DNA from: Phoronis australis
Lineage: Eukaryota > Animalia > Phoronida
NCBI GenBank assembly: GCA_002633005.1
Contig: NMRA01001151.1
Span: 1-42,378 of the forward strand
DNA: 42,378 nucleotides
Direction: 5' to 3'
This document shows positions 25,401-37,400 of the stretch, piece by piece. A model generated the notes under the pieces. That model saw only the letters and a list, made by a program, of their open reading frames with translations. It ran no database searches and was not told the DNA's origin. Every line of letters begins with the position of its first letter. Positions within the stretch are counted from its first letter, which is position 1. The position numbers were made by a program, and so were the translations under genes.

Positions 25401-28400
25401 AACTGGCATGGAAAATATACATCGCAAACATTTTTAAGTCTGGTCTGTGCACCACCTGTTGGTCACATCACGTTACTTAATAAACTTAAGACTGCAAAGA
25501 TTTCTACCTCTGAGATCACGGGCAGAAATCTTTTCAGACTTTCCTGTTCATTGGGTCTCGCGATATGGTCAACAGGTGGCATGAAGAGCAGGCTTGAAAA
25601 CGTCTGCGATTCATATACTGTAGTTAAAAGGCTATATTTTATGAATTTGGGACTCTGTTTAGAGGACTAGGCATGTAATATAGTGTTTTGTACCATAGCC
25701 ATCAAGAGATAAAATGGATATTCACAAATTATATTTAAAACCGATGTGATATATTTTGGCTAATATTCTTTTTTCCGAAAAAGGTGAATTTTTAGGCACT
25801 ACGCAAAATACATAATTGCAGAGATAGTGAAAATTTCGATGTTGAGAAACTTAACTTAGAGAGCAAGCTTGTGCATTTATTCAAATAAGAAGAATGTGAA
25901 GAATTTAGTTTTGGACAATTAGTCTAATCTGCTATTGAGTGAATCACATGATAATCCTTTTTTGGAATGTAATGTACAGAAATGTACATTTTCAACAAAA
26001 TATTTGTTTAAATATTAAAGCTGGCCTGCTAGCTTTTCTGTTTAGTTAGACATTTTCACGTAAGATAAATTAAGTAACTAACCTGGCTTGACTGAAGAAT
26101 GTTACTGTGAATGGCTTTGCTTGTACACTGGGAGCTCACTTACAGTAGTGTTTGTAATGATTGCCTTTTGATGTCGTTTTGATAGTATAGAGTCATCGAG
26201 CCGACCGCAACTGTGACCAGAAGAATCCCTTGTTAGTGTTGGCCAACCTGTTGCACCCTTGTCTTATTATTGCACTCTTCCGTTATTTCTCCTGTTTCTC
26301 CTGTTTCTCCGAAATTGATCATGTGATCAGAAGAATCCATTGTTAGTGGTGGATAACCTGTTGCACCGTTGTCCTATTATTGCACTGTTCCCTTGCTTTC
26401 TGAAGCTGATTATCTGATCAGAAGAATCCATTGTTAGTGTTGGCCAACTTGTTGCACCCTTGTCTTATTATTGCACTGTTCCGTTGCTTTCGGAAGCTGA
26501 TCACCTGATCAGAAGGATGTATTGTTAGTGTTGGGGATCTATGATGGTTTGCCCTTCATAGGGATTGAAGTTCATTTTATCTGTGCTATGTTTCTATTGT
26601 TGATAACTAGACATTTACATAATATTGAGAGCTAGCTTTTCACCTCCTTTAAAGCCCATTAGCAGCAATGCCATATTGGAAATGGTCATATCACTACTTT
26701 GTGGTCTTGTGTCTTTATACTGTTATGTAAGTGTTTGAGTTCTGCACTGGTGTTGAGTATGTGCAAGCTATAATGAAAAGATTGAAAAACTGGAAACTTG
26801 TGCCAGCAAGCATCATTGTAGAATAAATTTCATGTAAACAGTGTTCTTTGTTACTATTTTGGCATGATTCCACTTCTGAATTTGTGATGAAAATTAGTAT
26901 TTAATAAGCAAAACTTGTCCAAATTGCCGTTACAAGTAGCACCCTCTTTTGACCTAATGTTCTCTTATTGCAGATGCTCTGTGCATTGGTGTTTATTGTT
27001 TATTCCATAGAACCAGGAAGAGATAACCAGGAAGGGACGACTGTTTTAGCGCATTTTAACGTGTTTTCAAAAGTGATTTCAAAAGTAAATGTTAAAGTCG
27101 TCTGGAATCCAAGCGTTGTGTTTGAAAGCTTTTAAGCGGTGTCATTTTATAGCTAAAGAATTAAAATTCTTTAGCTATAAAATGACACCGCTTTGGTCCC
27201 CAAAGACTGTATATTAATGGCACTAGGATGCTTTGAACATGATTTGTTTACCCTTCCAAAAGATGCCTCTTCCCAGGCATGTACTCGAGCACGATCCTCT
27301 TTTTTGAACCAACAGATGTCACTAATATATGCAAATGAGGCTTGCATCTCCTACGTCATATGACGTCATACGACGCAACACAGTTCTACCTGATTGGGCA
27401 GATCTAAGAAAATTAATAACTCACACAAGTCAACGATCAAAGAACATTGAATGGTTTCACATGAAAATACATTTAATTGTATTTGAATACGCTTGCATGT
27501 GTGTAAGCGTGGACTTTGTCAGCGGCTTAAATCCAGATTTATAGAAGCAGGTCAAGAAATTAGCTGCTCCCGCCACGGTGGCCGGTGTCGTGGCGTCCGA
27601 GTCGCAGGGAAGTCTGATCCATGCATGCGTAATTCGACGAACTAATGCTAGTCGCTAGTGGTCAGCTACGCTATGATTCATTTGAGACGTGCGGCTTAAC
27701 TCGAACCTAGTGTCACTGGCTCCAAGGTCGTTTTGTTTGACCCAGTTTCGGGAAAAGTTCATTTTAATACGGCCATTTCCTGAAGATTTTTTTGAAAGAT
27801 ATGATCCCGAAATCCTTGGCCAATAGAGCTGTACCAAAATTCCTTGTTGAAACACGGCCACTGGTCCAGCTTCTGCCGGGCGGTTGGGGAAAATGCTATC
27901 GGGAACGCGTGTCCCAAAAATGCACACACCTCAACCCCTGCAGTTCAAGTTCTTTTCCCGTCAGTCACTGTGCGCGGATTCTACTCGGGCAGCCTACTGC
28001 ATGACTATACCTTATTTTTAACGTGGGTGCGTCACTGAGTCACGACGTGTCCAGTCTTTGCAGTATGCACGGGAATGTCAAGCAAACGATTCGGTTCGGA
28101 AGAGTTAACCTAAATTCATTGCAAAATACTACTGGGAACTACAAGCATCAAGGAAATGCAAAGACAATCTTTCCAAATTAATGAGCAATGACTTGGACTT
28201 CTTTTTCGATCCGATCTACGGTTTGTAAATGTTTGAATTTCTTTATTCTAGTTTTTAATTCAATACATTCATGAATATCACTGTTATCGTTTAGTGTCAT
28301 TCTTTGCGACATGGTGGTCTGATGATGGATCGAATTTTTGCAAGTCAGCCTTAAGCCTTCAACTAAGTTCAGTGACGTATCGCCATTTCTTACAAGACAG

Positions 28401-31400
28401 CTTCGATCTGTGCTGTGCACGAATGTTTTGTGTTTTTTATGAATTTGGAATCTCAACTTCCCCTCGTGAGTAGTTGGCAGTGTCATGTCGGAGGTGTACA
28501 GAGGGCGCAGCACTGGTGGCTAAACCCCCTCAGCCCCCCTGTAGTACACCGCCTATGGACCACTGAAAAACTTGGACTGAATTAAAGGAGAATGCCACCC
28601 GATTTAATTAGTCTTTTTTGTCTTATTAATCGGTCTATATCCACATCGCCTCGCACACGGTCGACCTTACCTTGCCAATCTGTCGCGTTAACCTGTGAGG
28701 AAGGTGAGAAACGACGCTAGCGACGTCAATGGTTCATCTGCAGAGTGAATGCCGCTATGTTGCGGTGCACCGTTCCCGCTTGTGCGAGCTATGCACCTGC
28801 GAGGAAAGCGGGTATATCGTTTTTTCGACTTCCTCGAGAGTCCGAAATGTTTAGGAAGTGGATCGCAATAGTAAAGAATGAAAAGTACGCTGTAAATAGC
28901 AAGTATGAGGCCATGGAACATCTCCTTGTCTGTGGCCTGCAGTCGTCGACAGCCAGAGCCGCGTGAGTGCCTGACGAATGCCAGCTTGCCAAATAACTAT
29001 CCCTACGTTCCGTTGTCTGACCTTGTTCACGGCGCCTCTTTAGTATTTCTTCATCACTGTATTCCTGTTCGAACTGATAGCCTGTGAAACCTAACGATCC
29101 ATCTGTGAAGTCTTCGTCGGGACTGATGAGCTCTCGTCTAAGTCGCAGGGGATTGCGAGTTGCCATGTTGACGTTTATTACTGAGCGTTCTGTTTCAAAA
29201 ATAAATTATTCTCACCCTAACCAATACTTATATAAAACTGAAACAAAGTCTGTCTCATTAGATGCAATTTCTAGTGCCTTTGGAGTGTTCCTGAGTGCAA
29301 ATGATTTGAGAAGCCAGCAATGTATAAATGACTGCGTTACCGGCTTTAGGTGCAATAAAAATAATTGACGGGGACACTGAGGCCGTGTGAGCTCATGCTA
29401 ATTTAGTGTTTGATGGCAGAAACTGTTGTGAAACAACGCGATTTCCATCCCACGGCCAGGTGTTAGGGGAATCTTTATTTATATTTACATTATTCAAATA
29501 ATGATTGTCAATGTACAACTTCTGCCCTATGTGCGCACCCAGGGGGGCTCGGGGGCTCGAACGAGGGCAAAGTGGCGAAATGGGCAAAAAGGTCCGCCTC
29601 TGTGAAACAAAAAGTCCGACAAAATGAGACTAAAGTCCTCTAAATAAGCACAGTCGCGCAATTCACAGTGGTGCCCCCGTTTTTTTAGCTCACCCGCTTT
29701 TTTGTTACCAAAAGGTCCACAACGTCAGAAATTCGAGCTCTCCCCCCCATATTGAAGGCTGGGTGCACGCATGCTGACGGTGCTGTGGACAAAACGGAAC
29801 CTGAATTCGCGGCCCCGACGAGTAAGTAGATTTGCAGTTTCGTGGCTAATTCACCGACATAATCACGTGCACATTATTGACTTTGGCTCACTAACTAACT
29901 TATAGTATTTTCCAGACTAGAAGTTTAGTTTCCAACTTTGGCTGGTTTATGTTGGTGATGACTGATCAGTTTCCGAGTCACTGGTCGGGATAACGAGTCA
30001 ATCGGGCCGGCGGCCGCGACGGGCCTGATCGGCCAAGCCACTGGCCAGGATAACGAGCATTTTGCGTGTTTAGAACTTAAAAAATAACAGTTATAAACAG
30101 CACAGACTAGGTTCTCCTGTCCGTATCTCACAGAAAAATACTTCGAATTTATCTCCGAGCAGACCCCAAACTCCTGCTACGGACCTTATTGGCTTGCGGA
30201 GCCGTTGTAGGCTACGGCCGTGTCCAAATACCAATAAATCCGCAACAGAGAAATAAAACAACACGTTTTTATAAGAACTCGGTGTATTTTTAAGGGTTTT
30301 ACATCGAAGTTTGATGATTTATTGGTGTAAAACGATGAATTCAAGCGATAAGCTTACACCAGTAACCCGTGTTGTGAACTGCTGAACAGACTGCGTGTGA
30401 AACCAATTACATCATTGGATAATTTCAACACCTCCGTCTGCCGTCAGGTGTCTGGTAACGCGACCGTACATGCCGTTATGGAGTAGAATTACTCGATCTA
30501 AATTGATACAAATTAGGTTGTTTTTGGGTGGCATGCTCCTTCAATACGCTCTGCAAAATTTTTGCTTTACAAGTTTTCTCGAATTTTCGAAATACATGTA
30601 TGAATGATTAAGTGCACATTTTCAAGAGCGTTTAGACGACCTATGCTGCAAAAACGGAGACCCTAACAACAATAGTCCTGGTCAGGGCCCTCAAATGGTA
30701 AACCATACATTGATAACGAGTTGTCAAAGTTCTCTTGAGTTTTCTCTCTGATCAGTATTCGAAGTCTTTCTTTTTTGTTTTTCCCCACCCCTACACCTTT
30801 GTCGGTTGCCATGGTTTAACCCTGAGGCATGCAATTTTTTGGGGGTGGCACTCGCCCTCCCCCCGCTCACTAAGGTCCTTATGCAAGGAGTCCATCTTTG
30901 GTCCAAGGTCAATGTTGTGTTTCAACACGCACTCGTGTAGCTTGAGCATTAAATTAAAGGTTTAAGAAATACAGGAGCAGTTTTGCGCATTTCATTGTGC
31001 GTGTAAAAGGGTTTATGGATTTGTACTGAATTTGTTGCTGCAACTTGTCTCATGGGCCTGTACCCGGCACGTGATGTCATGAATTCTTATGAAGTTAATT
31101 AAGTGCAAATTTCATCATTTCCTGTGACGTACAACTATCCCAACAAAACAGTTTATGTTATATAACAATTTCCAACATCTTGTGTTGTTGTTTACTATTT
31201 CACTGACCATTGCCCTCTCATAGTGAAACCCTATATGCCAAACAGCTGTCCAGACTCCATTCATGTTTATGAGTTGGATGAAATCACCGGAACTCTCAAT
31301 ATTGTTGTTGTTTTGCACTCACAACCCACACATATTTCTATTCACTATATATATTGTAGCTAGAGTTAATAAAGTTTGTGTGTTTCAGTAGAAACTCAAC

Positions 31401-34400
31401 AACTGTGTTAGTTTTTATGCTGCTCTCCATCGACTTGCTGTTGCTACCTTGTTAGCCAGCTATCTACCGTTCAACCAAGAACCGGGTATCCCTACCTCAA
31501 CTATACTACCACGACCATCCCCACACTTGTGGAATCTGTGTCTCCACATTGCCGATATTTCCATCACGTGACCACAAATGTGGACACTAATTCGGCTATG
31601 GCGCAAGTCGACTGTTGCAAGGTGGCCAGTGAAAATGTATAAGGCAGCACCAGGCCAGTGGGCGTGTGTGACAACTCGGATTTCTAGTCTCTTATTATGA
31701 AAACCATTGAAGGCAATTATCAGCACCTGCAAACAAGAATTTTGAAGTATGGAGAATTTCAACAGGAGTTAGCTGTAGACTTAGTCTTGAAGCTGCCGAC
31801 ATTCCAGTCACGGTTACTGCCGGTACTTCGAAGCAATTATGGCGGAATCAAGAAATACGATTATGGCAGTGCAAATTGTAGCAGAGCCACAAAGTGTGCT
31901 AAAATGGTAGAAAATTAGGCATAACATTTCTGTAGAAGATAAAAGGTTGATTGGCGCAGGAGAAGGCCGATGTCTTCAATGCCCAGAAAAATTTCGGCAG
32001 GCAAGAGACGTGCCAAGAACATGGCACAGTTGAGTCCGGGTATTCTAAAGGAAAGAACTGCAGCCAATTCCAGTTATTCGGTGCAACTTCTCTCACCCCA
32101 CGGCGTTGTTTCACGATACCGCAACCTCAAACAACGTCAAAGAAACGAAATGCGGAGGGTGAGATATTACAGAGTATTAGTATTTATTCTTGAATACACG
32201 TTTCCACCTCAAAATGAATTTCCCACGGTCATTCTTTATGCCGATAGCAATGTTTTCGGCAACTGAAGAAGAACAGCAATCATAGACATCCCGCGCGCTC
32301 CGTCTATGGTTCTGACACTTCAAACTTTTGTCAACACGATAGGTAGCCGCAGAAAGTTAGATGTTGACCTCATTCTAATCTTCTCTGCAATCCACTGTCA
32401 GGGGACGAAAACAATTCAAAGTCCGCTCCTCGAAATAGGACTTGCTTAGCTGGAATTCAGAACTGCGGTCATGAGAGTGTTTTCACCTCCTGATCGCGAA
32501 GCGATCGAGTTAGCTGTGGTATCTTCATCAGCGCGTGCTCTCAGCGGGAGGTCACCGCTTTATCCACTCGAGCGCTCCACAACAACTAAACTGACGACAG
32601 TCTTAGAACTCTCACATGCAAATTTGATATGCAAATGAGGGAGTACTTGACTACTGCGCCATCTATACATCGACAGTAAAGCTTAAATACCCGTGACTGC
32701 GTGTGGGAAATTGCGATTGCGTGCACTGAAGTCGATATTTTCAAAGTACAATTACACCACTGTTTAAGGTTGCAAAGTGAGTTTTTTGATATCATTCTAT
32801 AGAAAAAGCCTTAATCTCTCTGATAAAATTATCTGTTTCGTTTTTAACGAAACTTAAGTCCTGAAATTAGTCCGGGGAAGGAGGCCAAAAACGGCGGTTT
32901 AGCTAGTTGTCCCTTCCTGGTTATCTCTTCCTGATAGAACTTAAAGTCTCCATAGAATGCCAGTTACTCCTGTAGGTGACCCATGCATTCTTGTGTTAGA
33001 TATTGTCACCCTGAGATTTCACTAGATTGGCTGTGAGATTTTGCACTATGAATTTTCACTTAACTGCTCGACTGGGTTTTGATCAAGTTATCTAGTCACT
33101 CAAATTAAGCCTGATTTTGGTTGGTTAATTTACAAGTTCATTTTGTCTGTTTTTTGTTCATGATAGAATTATCAATCGAGATTCTTGATCTACGGCGATT
33201 TCTCGGCAAAGTGCTAGACCCCTCAGTTACACTGAATGGTCATTCTGCATGATTGCACTGACCTGTGGCATCCAGCCAGAACCACTGGACCTGTGGTTCT
33301 GACTGGATGCCGGGAATGGTCTGGCCTCCAATATCATTTCATCTCCAGTCTTAGAATTGCTTTCTACAACCTGTAACTACATGGTAGTACTTTTTCAGCG
33401 AGATGTGTTAAAATTCATGTTACAGTATAGACCTAAGTCACGCAGTGGACTTTAAAATCCAAAGCGAGGCTCACTGCGATAAACAAAGCAGAAAATGATA
33501 TTGCTTGAGTTAAATGGGCGGTCTTTCGAGTCCAACCTGGATATTAAATCTCACAAATGTGTCAATAATTAACCACAGAGACATAGAAAAATACATCAGA
33601 GAACAAGTCAATGCACCAAAGAGTTGTCTGAAGAAAAGGTATAAGCTAGGTTTGAAACATGAAAAGTAAATATGACCAAACTGCGGCGATGTAGTTTTAG
33701 GGATTAGGTATTATGCTGAATGCGTTGTTACGTTTCTTCTTGTAAATTGTTGATAAAAATGCTTCCTGACTCAAACCAGGTCATCTGCTTGTATTGTTGA
33801 CGAGTTGAAGATATATTCGGCAGTGATGGCTTATGCATTTTGCTGTCAGGTTCAATTAGTCACTTCTGGTTTAATTTGTTGATCAATTTCAGTTAACTGG
33901 ACAGAGTGAGCATAGTTATCATGTTTCTTCAGGGACCTCGTTCTTCTGAGGGGAAGGTGCCTGTGCCTTCTGAGAGAGGAATTTTTTTCGTCGAGTGAGG
34001 GGAAAAATCTACCTTTCCGATCATCATCTATAGCACCCCTGCCCTGTGCAAGCCCTCAGAGGCTCTGTCTCAAGTAGCATTTTGTGCTCTTTCAAATTGT
34101 CACCTGTGTGGTTAGAGGTGATTTGAACTTCAGAGAGAAATTTTCAATCACAAGGGTGTTTTTAGGCCTCGTGGGGGAATTTCGGGGGATTTTTCAATAT
34201 TTTTGATAGGGGAATAGGGCCGATATTCGGCCCCAAAATCGAGGGATTGATGGCGCTGTCTTTTTTGGAAAGAAAAATGCATCATCTTTCAATCTGTAGT
34301 CATGAAAACACAGCCTGGCTGGCCGAAGATTCTCCGGTCGTTGCTATGATCCTCAGCAGCTGAGATGTGGCAAAATATGATCTAACTTTTCGAAAACATT

Positions 34401-37400
34401 TATAAATTTTACACGGACATATTTTCCTTCGTCACGGCATATGGCAACGACCCAATGCTTTCGGATCTCAACGTCCTTAGGGATTGTAAAACAGACAGTT
34501 GAGTGTCCGTATTTTTTTAGCTGTTCAAGCAATGTGGAATACAGCCAGTATGCCGTTAAGCCAACAGAGCTATCGTAGTGAGCCTCGTCTTGGAATGCAC
34601 CTCCTGTTGGGGTGAATTAGGTCTATGAATGTTGGTTCTACAATTAAGTGAAACGTTTATAGCCTAGAATAACAAGTGTTCTTGCGAGACTTCTGAAAAA
34701 CTACTCATCAATAATTTATTTGCCTACCTAAGTGTGTGTGTGTGTGCGTGCGTGTGTATTACGGTATTACTTTGTTCTGTTGTTTCGATAATATTTCATT
34801 TGACCTTATGTTTACCTGTTACCCAGTTTTAATATTTATTTGATTTGCAAGTAGTAGTGTCTTTAGTATTTGTCTATACCCTTTAAATAACATTAAAAAA
34901 TGAAAAGTTATCATTAGAAAAGAATAGTCATGTCAATACTTTGTGTTACCACAGGCCTACATTGTACTTGCCAACTGTCCCACTCTTGACTGCCTGTCCC
35001 ACTTTTTAACTTTGCTTGCCATCTCGCCACACCGTCAAAATGTTCCGCTTTTTGACATTATACTATTGTAATTTCTCACCCAACATAACTTTATTTTGTC
35101 ATTTGTCTATAAAGAAAAATGGGTCATTTTATAGTTTCTTGTGGCACTCACAGTTTTCCATCGGTCTAAAAAAACAGAAGACACCGTCAGGCACTTTTGG
35201 GTGCCCCACCTAGTGGTAAAATGGTAAAACGATTCAATGGGAGGGACAGCAAGCTGGAGTTGGTTGACTTTCAACAACCAATGGCCACCCCACCTGGTGG
35301 TCAAATAGTAATTGATGTAAAGAGCGAGACAGCAAGTGAGCTGGAGTTAGGTTGGTTGATATCCAACATTCAATAGCTTCCCCACCTTTTGGTCATTAGC
35401 AACACAATCAATAAATGAGGAACAGACTTGGAGTGAGATGAAATTATGAAAGGGCCAAGAGATGGTGTAATTTTCTGAAGATGTTGTTTTCAGCAACCAT
35501 TAGTTAGCTGTACATGTTACTTCTGTTCCATTAATCAATGGCCTATTGAGAGGGGACAGGTATTACACGTAGATGTCAACCAACTGCTCAAGTGTGCTAA
35601 ATGTTATTATTAATGTTTTCCTTTTGGGGTATTCCTACACCATCAAGAATTGATCAATGGATTTCTAATGATTGACTCTCATTGAATTCGATTGAAAAAG
35701 TGACGGTAAAGAAGGTGACATTTTTCCTAGTTGCCAAGTATACTGTTTCTGTCACAATTTGTATAAACTAAAGGGCATGATTTTGGCATCGTAGTTGAGC
35801 TCTAGTGGTGTTTGATCATGTGGTTATGTTTTAGGGAAATTTTAAGCTTTCGAAATTATTGTATCACTTTTAGATGGCTTTACATTATGCCTGGTAGGCA
35901 GGCAGTGGTACTCACAGCTAGCTTCCTGAATAGTGGAATAACAAGTAGATGATCTTGCATTTGATAATGTCTGGGGCCATTAGTCTGCAAAATATTCCAA
36001 AACTATAGATGAAATTTGTTCAGATGTTTTTGGTGGTTACAGTTAACTTACCTGTTTCTACAAAACAAACATTCTAGTCTACTCTTTATATTCCATAGCA
36101 AGAACCAACACCGCAACAAACAAATCCCACAAATGTGTGGCTCAACCTCAGATGCGCGAGTTCAAAGTTGGCATTCCAGGTTTACTGTTTTATGGATAAA
36201 ACCAGGAACAGATCACTTCCGAGTAAAATGTAGTATATACTAGTATCCCAGTATTTGAGAACCCATTTCTTATTTAGGAAAGGAAAGTGGTCTTCAATGA
36301 GTGGGTACGCTATATTTATCAAAATTTCTTTAGAGTATGGGAGCTCAGAGTGTACCGTTGGGGAGCCCCGCACTGACATATATCCTGATGGGATTTTGCC
36401 TTGGTACAAATACGATATGGGTAATAAACTGACCATATACAATTTGACGCAAAATTTATGAACAAAGCTACCTGTAAAAAGGAATCTTTAGATTTTATAA
36501 CATGGCTGTAAGGACCATGCAAGGTTTTTTATATACATTTACTGCCCTGGCAGTAAATCTGTAAACACTGTTGTAAGGGTGGATGCCTCAGATCTAGCTT
36601 TTAATTGACAATAAAATAATAAGTAAATTACTATATTCAACATATAAGGATCAAATAATCTAGTGCTTATAAATGCATGTAACGTCAGTTAACATTTAGA
36701 AAGAGGAGGTTTTTCCGCCTTTGTTGTCGAAGTAGATGAATAAAGTGTGAGTATATTGTCGTGTCAATTGGTATTTTGAAAAAAGTTATGATATCCCAAA
36801 TTGCAAATATGTGCTGTGTATTGAAGGCTTTATTGAAAGGAGTTTGCACCGATTCCCAGAAAGTTCTTACACAGGTACAATTCAGGGGCGGATCCAGGAT
36901 GTTTAGTTGGAGGGGCCAGGTCAGAGTATCAGAGTATTAGCCTGGATTTTGCCCGTCAGACATTCGCAAACCCAAAGTGCCAAATGGAATATGGGAGAAT
37001 TTTAGGGCACCCCCCCATTTAATCCACCACTGCAATTACGGTAGTAGAACATATGAAGAAATGTCTATGTCCTCACAATGGGGACATTTATCAGTTTGGA
37101 CTACTGCAGTCTTAAAGTCATATTTGTAAATATTCTTTTGGATTTCTTAGTAGGGTGAAAGAAGTGTCATAGATCAAGTAATATCCCACCAGACTTTGTT
37201 CTGCGTATCGACGTTATGTATTTATTCCATTCACTTCAAATTCCTAAGTTTTTTCCGGCAGATTTTGTAAATACTTCATCTTGACAGTTTTCATAGTGGA
37301 TCACATCCTGTATGTATGTACTTGCACGTTAGGTTTGCAAATTTTGTCTAGTAAACGAAACAGTTTTAAGTACGATTTATTTTTTGAAAAGAGATAGCAA

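Larger units (their letters stand above)
28586..30540. mobile_element. Kolobok-like DNA transposon, internally deleted, nested in the 5.9-kb element
   Basis: TTAA|AGGAGAATGCCACCC ... GGGTGGCATGCTCCT|TCAA (14/15 TIR match, TTAA-type target), THAP ORF stub inside. Confidence 0.75.
27014..32933. mobile_element. 5,920-bp DNA transposon, 29-bp TIR, 7-bp TSD (P/Galileo-like or hATw-like), non-autonomous
   Basis: TIR CAGGAAGAGATAACCAGGAAGGGAC(G/A)ACT at both ends, TSD ATAGAAC at 27007-27013 and 32934-32940, empty site ttccATAGAACttaaagtc seen at 38551. Confidence 0.92.
19546..36471 (-). pseudogene. Decayed multi-exon gene nested antisense in NAAA intron 1. Exon-like blocks: 36471-36052, 26580-26083, 24446-23952, 23795-~23180, 22052-21474, 21246-~19546
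   Basis: A series of minus-strand blocks bounded by AG acceptors and GT donors. Three are multiples of 3 (420, 498, 495 nt) ending in phase 1. All carry in-frame stops or frameshifts. Confidence 0.55.

Noticed and set aside
26215-26533. CRISPR-like appearance of regularly spaced repeats (also 23990-24400)
   Set aside because: Whole units are repeated with no unique spacers, the context is eukaryotic and there are no cas genes
27655-28513. Several 64-111 aa ORFs within the large element
   Set aside because: No recognisable motifs in any frame; left as unexplained cargo
31330-31460. LTR-like stretch with AATAAA
   Set aside because: No TG...CA boundaries with TSD, no second LTR, primer-binding site or gag/pol remnant found
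31500-31640. Minus-strand WPPC...W...IPQVWGW resembling the C-terminal motif of Academ-type transposon proteins
   Set aside because: Motif spacing is off, several stops intervene and the Cys cluster is absent; too weak without a profile search
27014-32933. ProtoRAG/Transib identity for the large element
   Set aside because: Those have CAC-starting RSS-like TIRs and 5-bp TSDs. Here the ends are CAGGAAG with a 7-bp TSD, and no RAG1/RAG2-like coding sequence is visible.
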